Assembly (NCBI GenBank): GCA_012295275.1
Contig: CM022678.1
Coordinates: forward strand, 1,054,001 to 1,118,000
Length of the DNA stretch: 64,000 nt
Origin: Chrysomallon squamiferum
Taxonomy: Eukaryota; Animalia; Mollusca
Reading direction: 5' to 3'
Shown here in pieces: positions 55,032-64,000 of this stretch. A program made the translations under genes and the position numbers. Under the pieces are notes generated by a model that saw only the letters and a list, made by a program, of their open reading frames with translations, was not told where the DNA came from and ran no database searches. How positions within the stretch are numbered: the first letter of the stretch is position 1; each line of letters starts with the position of its first letter.

Positions 55032-57019
55032 GTAAGTAAATGTTTTATTTGTTTGAATTACTTACATTTACAAACAAGCAGAAACACATACATACATGTA
55101 CACATTTCAAATTCAATTGTGATTGCCAGTAAAAATAGTAAAATTTAATATTATAAGCATACAGTGGAAGCTAATCACAAGCTAGTCAAAATTTATTGAA
55201 AAATGACTTCAGTCTTGTTGTAGTTTGTTATTTATAATTCTTTCTTTACTAGTTTTCAACCTTTACATTAAGTATCGCATGCTGACTTCAGTAAGCAAAT
55301 TTCATTTCTGTATCTGATACTAGAAATAATTAACATTGAATAAAATGAATTTTTACCTTAGTTACCTAATGTTTTCTTTGCTATTATTTATTTATTTATA
55401 CTTCAAACTTGATGTAACAGGTATGAGATCTTTATTGAATAGTGTCTAACTTGAAATTCTGATCAATGCTGTTTTTTGTGGGTTTTTTATTTTGTTATTT
55501 TGTTATTATATTTTTTCCTAAGGTAGCAAATGACTGTGTCACCTGTTATTCATTTTAAGAAATAAAATAAGTTGTTACGCTTTGTACACAGTGTAACAGT
55601 ATGATAAGGGCTATATACTGTACTATTTGTAGATGCTATTACTTCCTTAGTGGTTTGTCAGCTGCAGAACAGAAAAAAAACCATTCAGAATAAATGAGTA
55701 CATAAACATGAAATCACAAGATCAAGTTTTGGAATGAAGAATATTGCTGATTATTGAAAACTGAAGTTTGAAAATTATCAAAGTATGTTATACTGGCATA
55801 GAAATAAATAAAAATTATCATCTAATATTTATTTAACAGATACAACAGACTTCTAACCCTGTTTTGAAATATTACCCTTGTACATACTAATTTATTCCAA
55901 AACTTAAAAATTTAAGAACTTCTTATGGTATTAAATAAGTAAATATATTACAATATAATTAAACTGAGTACAAATAAATGTGAGTAATCTACTAAAAAAA
56001 ACAAAATCAGAACACAGGAGAGTATAATATACATCTGCGAAAATGTTTAGCATTCCGGTGTTAGAAGAGGGTTTTTTAATCACAGTATTGTCACATAATT
56101 AGTCCTATTTAACACTAATAACATATCATTCCAAAGTATGGCGCTGCAGAGTTTATAAAATAGTTTAAGAAATTGTTTTACAGAGAAAATGTTATTTTGA
56201 GTCTCTATTACGTCTGTAGTTAAAGAGTTCAGTGACAAGTAAACATTCAACTGACTTCAACATCTGACTTGTCTTTACACTTACATATTGAATTGTCAGA
56301 TGGTCATTCCCAGTGCTAAGCTGATTCACTTTCTCTGTGTATATAAAATGCTCACTGATGTGCTACAGTGGTTTCAAAGCTGGACTCGTAACTGGCCAAG
56401 GCAGAAGTGTTACAGCTTTGTTAAAGGTGTATATTTGTGACATTTCCATTTGTATTGTTTATATCACATAATATACTATAGTGAGAGTATAAATAAAACT
56501 CTTCCAATCTTATCTATATATTTATTTTGTTTTTTTATAATTTAATGCAAATGACAAAACTAATAATATAATTTAGTTATTATTCTGATGATTATTATAT
56601 TTATTACTTTGTCTTTGTCATAATTATAGACATAATTTAGTACTGTAGTTTAAAAGAATCCTGTAAATGTTTTGGGATAATTATTTGAGTTAATTATTAC
56701 AAAATATTTTGAACGAACTGGCTCTATTATGATGCAAGAGTAATTAATTACAAGAATATTAAGTTTTCACATAAGCAATGCTCAACAAGTCATGTATGAA
56801 ATTGTAGGGACTGTCTGTGGGTAGGTGTAAATGAAATATCACTTGTTAATAAGAAAGAGTAGATTGAAGTGACAGCAAAGGATTTTTCTTTTGTTGTCTG
56901 AATATTCCTAAATCTTATCTCTAACCTCATATAAATTAAATGAGTTCAATAAAACATTTGTTTTCTTCCTTCTGTATTAAAAATCAATCATTATATTATT
57001 ATTTTACAGCTCAACCAAT

Positions 57020-58656
57020 ATGGACAACAAAAACAAGAGTTCAGAAGTTTCTTCTAACAGCACAGCTGCTGCTTCCACAGACAATATCAGAGCTGTTTCT
57101 TCTGTAGAGACTGAGACAGCTGTTTCTCTCTTAGACAGTATGACAGGTGTTTGTCTCTCTAACATTGCATCTCAGTCTTCCTTTGATGTCGCAAAAACAC
57201 AACATCATTTACAAGTACCTGTATCAAGCAGTTGTGGTAATATGCACAGTATTTTAATATAATGTTTACTTTTTTGATAGAATATTATAAGCATTAGAAT
57301 TTTGTTTATATTTATAACAATAGAATATTTCAATGTATTGTTTATGTTATTGATGGTAAATTCTAAACTGACAAATGTATTATTTACATTTGGAACAAAA
57401 CACTGTTTCAGTATATTGTTTAGTTCCGTCTTAGGTATTAGTTAAATTGACACTTTTTAAATTTATATTGATAATGAATTAGCAATTTAAAGTTTTACAG
57501 ATTAAAACAGTAATTCAAAATACACACTACAGACTGTTTGATTATGACCATTATAATTATTCTTGTATTTATTGTTATACATTTTTATACTGTAAAGTAA
57601 TATTTATTTCATAACAGCTAGACATAATCAGTCAAAAACATTTTTAACATATATTGTTTTATTTAATAATGCTTTTGACAAAAACAGATTGTATTAATAC
57701 TGTATGTTGTCCTTACAAACATTTTTAAAAATTATGCTTCTGAGTGGTAAATTTAAAAAATGTACTCTGTTTCACAGATACTCCAATAATACAACTTGTA
57801 CAACGGAAACTAAATATATCTGACTGTGGAAATGTTCTAATAGGAGACAATAGCACTTTAATCAGTAAGTTGAAAACTAAAGTTGTTTTCTTTTCTCTAG
57901 ATGTTTAGTTGATAACAGAACACACATGTGACATATTGATTCTCAAGGAGATGTGTCCAGATTCTGAGATATGAATAGATTTGGCATCCACATGCAATGT
58001 TGTCTCTAATGTATCATGTATATATCTTGGAAACTGACTAAGTTGTACTAAGAAACACATTTGTTAAAAATCCCTTGAAAATTCATAATTAGCCTGCAAC
58101 AGAATATCCTATCAATAACTTGCTGAATATATATATTTGTGAACTTGGTGGAGGTTTTGTCCTGTTTTTGGTGCTCATGAACTTACTGGATGTAACCTAA
58201 AACAGCAGTGAACTACACAAGTAAAAGGTAAGTAACAGACAAGTTGATATCACCAAGCTCACCCAGTAACTGTTTAGAACTCATTTTTCTTTGTGCTGAC
58301 CTACCAACTATATAGCTACATTTTCCCACGACAAAAACTACTTATTTTTCAAAAATTTAAATCAAATATATTTTAAACCATTAATGTTGGCCAGAATGCA
58401 AAGCCCACATGTCATATGTGACCTGTGTCAACCAATAACCAGTACACTTCCAAGGATTCTGTGATCTGCTATTCTTTGCTAAACTTTATTTCACCTGTTT
58501 CTGAACACTGCTTCTAAAATCGTCATTTTCATTATCTTACATGTATATGCATGTTTTACATGTAGGCTGTGAATGTAAATTATTTATTTTTCTACATTTG
58601 CAACAACATAAGCAGTGGTAGAACATAATGTAAAACAAAAATACAGTACAAAGAAC

Positions 58657-58711
<55 letters not shown>

Positions 58712-59195
58712 GCATAAGCATAATAGTAATAATACTAATAAAAATAATAATAATTATAATTGTACTAATAGTATGAACAATAACAATAACCAAATAATAA
58801 TAGTCATAAAAAACAACAGCAGTGGTTTTAATAATGGTAGTAATAATTACAGTAAAATAGATAATGAAGGTATAATAATAATGTTACGTGTTAACAGTTC
58901 CCTGAATAAAGTACAGACTAGTTGTACAGATCAGTTTCATCATTTCTTTTACTCATCATCAATAACACAAACTTGTTTTATTTTTATATTATTTCAGCAA
59001 AGACTGGTGGACGAGTATCCAGTATCAAAGGTATTATTTTTATTATTATTATTTTTATTATTATTATTTGTATAGTTTTCAAACATAATCATCTTGTTGC
59101 TTTTGCACCATCTGAAATTGTCACATCTTATTATCTTCATTAAAATCTATTGTAATTACTTTTTTAAACTTCATATCTAACAACCAGTTAACAGT

Positions 59196-59247
<52 letters not shown>

Positions 59248-62200
59248 ATAGTAAAATATGCTCTAAACAATCATGATTTGTTTATTTTATTTTATTTTTT
59301 TTATTTAATGTTGTGATCAGAGTGTACCAGGTCAGTGTTAAACTCAGTTGACTGGAGTGTCTATGTTGAAACAAGAGCAGAGAAAAGAGGTGTTGCACTT
59401 TTGAAGAAGAACGGTGTTGTCATTGTGATAGGATGTCCAGGTTCAGGAAAGACAACTCTTGCTTTGAGCATGATGAGACAGATGGAAAAAGAAGAAAAAA
59501 GAGTATCTTACTTGCTGACTCATCACTCTGAATTCAGTGACATCTCTCTATCTAGAAATAAGAAATATGTTGTTCTCATTGATGATATATTTGGTAAGAC
59601 TAATCTTGTTTCACATTTTAGAGACTCATGGAAAGAGAAATTTCCAGAGATATGGAGTCTTGTTCATGCTGGTTCTTTGAAATGTATTATTTCTTTAAGA
59701 AAACAAATATATTCAGAAAGTGAAACTAGTTTGAAGGAATTTGACCTGTTTAATGAGAATCATGTTCTTGATCTGCAGAGTTATCACTGTTGTCTGTATG
59801 ATTATGAAAAGGAAGAAATTCTAAACAAATATCTCAAAAAAAAGTATGTTCCAATGCATGAAACTGATAAAATGACTGTCATTAAAAGTTCATGTACAGA
59901 GTTAGGATTTCCTCAGGTGTGTGTGTATTATATTAATTCAAGTGATGCACAAAAACGAGGAGTTGAGTTTTTCAAGAAACCTGTAGAATATCTCACACAA
60001 CAGCTGGAAAATATGAAAAAAGACAAAACTTTACAGATCAATTACCTGGTTCTACTGCTGATTTTGTTCAAAGAAGGCTGTCTCAGCATTGATTCACTGG
60101 ATCCATCTCAAAATGACTCTGACAGTGACATAATGAAATTAGTAAGACTGCTAGAGCGAGTCTGTCAGAGTGTGAAAAACACTGGTCTTACAGAGATCAA
60201 GGAAACAGCTGATGTACTGTGTGGTACCTATTTGAAGTGTTGTTACAATGAATACACATTTATTCACCAGTCAGTGTTTGACTCTGTGTTTCTGATGTTT
60301 TCATCAAAGTTTCCAAAGAAAGCAGCAGAATTGCTAGAAGTGAGTCCTGTCTCCATGTTGTTAGAATATGTTGATACGCCTGGAGTGTCTAACAGAAGTC
60401 ATATTACATTGACTGTGAGACCTGACTGCTTCGATTTTCTTGCTCGCAGATTCACTGACCTGCTGGCTTCAGACAATTTCATAGAAATTATTTCACATCC
60501 ATCACTGAAAGACGAAGACTTTTTAAAATACCTGATAGAGGAAAAATACTTTTATGGTAGATTATCTGAAATTCTACATCAAAGACTATATCAAAATACT
60601 CCTGAATTGCAGCAAAGACTATATCGTTTACATACATTTGGGAGCCTTTATATATCATTTGTTTGTGTAAACACTGCTAATGAAATATTTAGAAATATTT
60701 CCTGTCTTCTTGACAATGAATCAAGGTTTCATTCTCATCACAAATGGTACTTAGAAGTTGAAGAAAAATTTGCATATTCGTCATCTGTTCCAAGTGAGTG
60801 TATTGTGAATGGACTAAGAACATTGTCAAAATGTTTCACATCAAATCTGTGTAACATGAAACTAACATTTGTGATGAAAGAGCTTTTGGATATTTCTTGT
60901 TTGTTTGGTGATGAAGATGTTGTGAGAATGTTGCTAAAATCAGGTGTTATTCCAACATTTGATACATTCAGTGCAGCTGCTTGTTCAAAAACAGACAGTG
61001 CTACCATACTCAAAGAACTGTTTTTTTATAAAAAGGTGGTAAACTTGAATTTGTATTCCCACTTGTTACATATTTCATTTTGTTCAGGTAACATGAACAT
61101 TGCCTGTCTGTTGGTTGAGATGATAAATAATGAGAAACACAACAGTGAAATCAAGGAAGAAGCTGTGAAACTGTTTTTGGTTAGATTCCATAGAAAAGTA
61201 ACATTTAAATCAAGCTGCATGTGTTTGGAAAAGGCTCTTAAAGTTGCTGATGTAAGCCATATTTTAAAGAAATTGGTTACCATTGATATAATAAACAAAA
61301 TTAAAGACATTGCTATCATTGCTGCTGGTCAGAGGTCTTCAAACATTATAAAAGAAATAGTAAAACTGAAACCTGATTGTTTAAATGATGAGAACAGAGA
61401 TAAAGTACTTTTAGCAGCAGCAATGTGGGGATCTACTGATACAGTGAATTTTCTCATTGAGCAGAGATGTAATGACAAGTGGAAGAAAAGTCAAGTACTG
61501 AAAGTGGCAGTGATGTTTAACAGTGCAGATGTTGTTCAGTGTCTTATTGATAAAGGAACTGATCCTAATGTGAATGTAGCTGTTAACAAGAAATTGACTG
61601 AGTACTTTGAAGAGGAAATTGAATTGAAACTGTTGCCTGATTACAACATAAATATAAATAAACTGAAATTGTGGTGTAGAGATAAACCTAGTCTGTTGCC
61701 TTCAGACTCACCCCTCCACATTTCAGTTCTGTGTGGTGACTTGGATATATTAAAATCACTGATAAAGAGAAATGGTGATGTTAATGCTGTAAACATTGAG
61801 GGAAAAACTCCACTTCATGAAGCTGCAAAAGCAGTGACAAACAGAAAGGAACTAGCTTTGTTGTTACTGGAAAGTGGTGCTAATACTAACACTGCAGATA
61901 AACAAAAGAATTCAGCATTGCACATAGCTTGTCAAATTCACATAGATGTGGTGAAAGAAGTAACAAAAAGGGGTGTTGAAATAAATGCAATTAACTCTGA
62001 AGGGGAAACTCCTCTTTTTTTATCCTTACTCTATGGCAGACCAGAAATCACTTTATACTTACTAAGACAAGGAGCTGATCCTAATTTAAGAGACCGTTAT
62101 AACAATTCAGTTTTACACGTAGCAGCTCAACAAGAAAATACAGAAGTTTTGGCAGCACTGATTGAAAAAGGTGTTGATGTAAATAATAAAAACAGAAGTG

Positions 62201-64000
62201 GTGAAACTGCTTTTTTTACAGCAATGTATTCCTACAAACATCATTTTTATGGACATCAGAATATAGAGTCTCATAAGAACAAAGCTGTTTTGTATTTACT
62301 TCAACATGCAGCTGATCCTAATTTAACAGAGAACGATAAAGATTTTGTTTTACACATAGCAGCTGAAGAAGGAGATATAGACCTTTTGATAGCACTGATT
62401 GGAAAAGGGTTTGATGTAAACATCAAAAACCTTCGAGGTGAAACTCCTCTTTTTACAGCTCTTAACTGCAAACATGATAAAGTGGTTTTGTATTTACTGG
62501 AACATGGAGCTGATCCTAATTTAACAGGTATTGGTAACAATTCTGTTTTACACTTAGCAGCTAAACAAGGAAATATAGAAATTGTAACAGCACTGATTGA
62601 AAAAGGTGTTGATGTAAATATTAGAAACACTTCAGGGGAAACTGCTCTTTTCACAGCTGTTCGGTATCAACAGAAGAAAGTAGTTTTGTATTTACTGGAA
62701 CATGGAGGTGATCCTAATTTTACAAACGATAGTAACAATTCTCTTTTAGGCCTAGCAGCTAATCATGGAAATTTAGAAATTGTGACAGCACTGACCGAAA
62801 AAGGTGTTGATGTAAATATAAAAGAGAGTCTTCTTGGTTATACTCCTCTTCTTACAGCTACAAGATGCACATCGAACAAAGTATTTTTCTGTTTACTGGA
62901 ACATGGAGCTGATCCTAATTTGACAGACAATGGTGACAATTCTGTTTTACACCTAGCAACTGAAAACGGAAAGAGAGAAATTGTAACAGCACTGATTGAT
63001 AAAGGTTTTGATGTAAATATTAGAAACAGAAGAGGTGAAACTCCTCTTTATACAGCTCTGAATTACCAGAAACCTGTGATTGGTACAGTAGATGATATAT
63101 ACTGTTGTAAGAACAAAGTAGCTTTTTATTTACTGGAACATGGAGCTGATGTTAATTTAACAGACAATGATAGCAATTCTGTTTTACATGTAGCAGCTAT
63201 ACATGGAAATATAGAAATTGTGAAAGCACTGATTGAAAAAGGCTTTGATGTAAATATGAAAAACACTAGCGGTGAAACTCCTCTTTTTACAGCTCTGAAT
63301 TATGATGTATTTCATTTTTGCGAACATCAAGATAAGAGTAAAGTAGCCTATTATTTATTGGAACATGGAGCTAATCCTTGTTTAACAGACAGTGATAATA
63401 ATTCTGTTTTACACCTAACAGCGAAACAAGAAAATATAGAAGTTTTGACAGCACTGATTGAAAAAGGTGTTGATGTAAATATCAGAAACAGTCGAGGTGA
63501 AACTCCTCTTTTTACAGCCATGAACTCTATACAGAATGAAGTAGTTTTTTATTTACTGGAACACGGAGCTGATCCTAATTTATCAGACAATGATAAGAAT
63601 TCTGGTTTACTCCTAGCAGCTAAACATGGAAGTCTAGACATTGTGACAGCACTGATTGCAAAAGGTGTAGATGTAAATATTAGAAACTGTAGAGGTGAAA
63701 CTCCTCTTTTTACAGCTTTGATTTGCTACGACATATATTTTGGCCAAGATCAAGATATGTACTCTCGTAAGAGCAAAGTAGCTTTGTATTTACTGGAACA
63801 TGGGTGTGATCCTAATGTAACAGACAATGATAACAATTCTGTTTTACACATAGCAGCAGAAACTGGAAATATAGAAATTGTGACAGCACTGATTGAAAAA
63901 GGTGTAGATGTAAATATTAAAAACTGTAGAGGTGAAACTGCTCTGTTTGCAGCTGACCAGTATAGACAGTGTGAAGTAATGTTGTATTTACTGGAACATG
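57020..64000 (+). CDS. NLR-like protein, paralog B: Ser-rich N-terminus + RHIM-like motif + nSTAND3-type NTPase + helical region + long ankyrin array (3'-partial, >1670 aa). Exons 57020-57236, 57778-57864, 58998-59030, 59321->64000
   Basis: All introns are gt-ag and phase 1. Walker A GCPGSGKT at 59431-59454, Walker B VLIDDIFG ~59572-59595, FIHQSVFDS motif ~60260, ankyrin repeats from ~61700 to the edge. The 4.68-kb exon appears open to the window end. Confidence 0.92.
57810..57863 (+). other. RHIM-like amyloid signalling motif LNISDCGNVLIGDNSTLI
   Basis: Ungapped match to the human RIPK3 RHIM (VNIYNCSGVQVGDNNYL, from memory): N, I, C, V, G, D, N and L are identical; core tetrad is VLIG. Confidence 0.72.
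62071..64000 (+). repeat. Di-ankyrin tandem array, 9 units visible (198-bp base unit; 201/225/237-bp variants)
   Basis: GADPNL-type starts at 62071, 62308, 62506, 62704, 62905, 63142, 63367, 63565 and 63802. Confidence 0.93.

Noticed and set aside
58140-58228. Extra coding exon ending at aag|gtaagt (58228) in paralog B
   Set aside because: The homologous intron segment in paralog A (~5360-5485) lacks the donor, and no convincing acceptor or frame was found.
59321-64000. Bacterial contamination or recent transfer of an Avs-like STAND gene
   Set aside because: Spliceosomal introns, host-like composition, microsatellite-filled introns and local paralogs and pseudogenes show a resident animal gene family.

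Overview
AT-rich, microsatellite-laden animal genomic DNA (gene families suggest an invertebrate, probably a mollusc; this is inference), with one 200-N gap at 41991-42190. It looks like an innate-immune locus that the ORF track largely misses because the genes are spliced or run off the window edges. Two divergent paralogous NLR-like genes (nSTAND3-type P-loop NTPase + helical/winged-helix region + long ankyrin array) sit at the two ends (minus, <1-4945; plus, 57020->64000). The plus copy has a separate 87-nt phase-1 exon encoding a RHIM-like amyloid motif (LNISDCGNVLIGDNSTL) just N-terminal to the NTPase, and a 66-aa di-ankyrin array with hypervariable loop insertions. This motif-STAND-repeat layout resembles fungal and bacterial amyloid-signalling NLRs. 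Between the two genes lie the TIR-encoding exons of MyD88, a six-exon secreted 12-cysteine protein gene, a FAM167-like gene with a nonsense codon, three ankyrin pseudogene fragments, a decayed Gypsy LTR element, a near-identical 6.9-kb duplication, LINE, MULE and MITE relics, and several minisatellites. All gene models were built by hand from splice signals and reading-frame phase and need RNA support.
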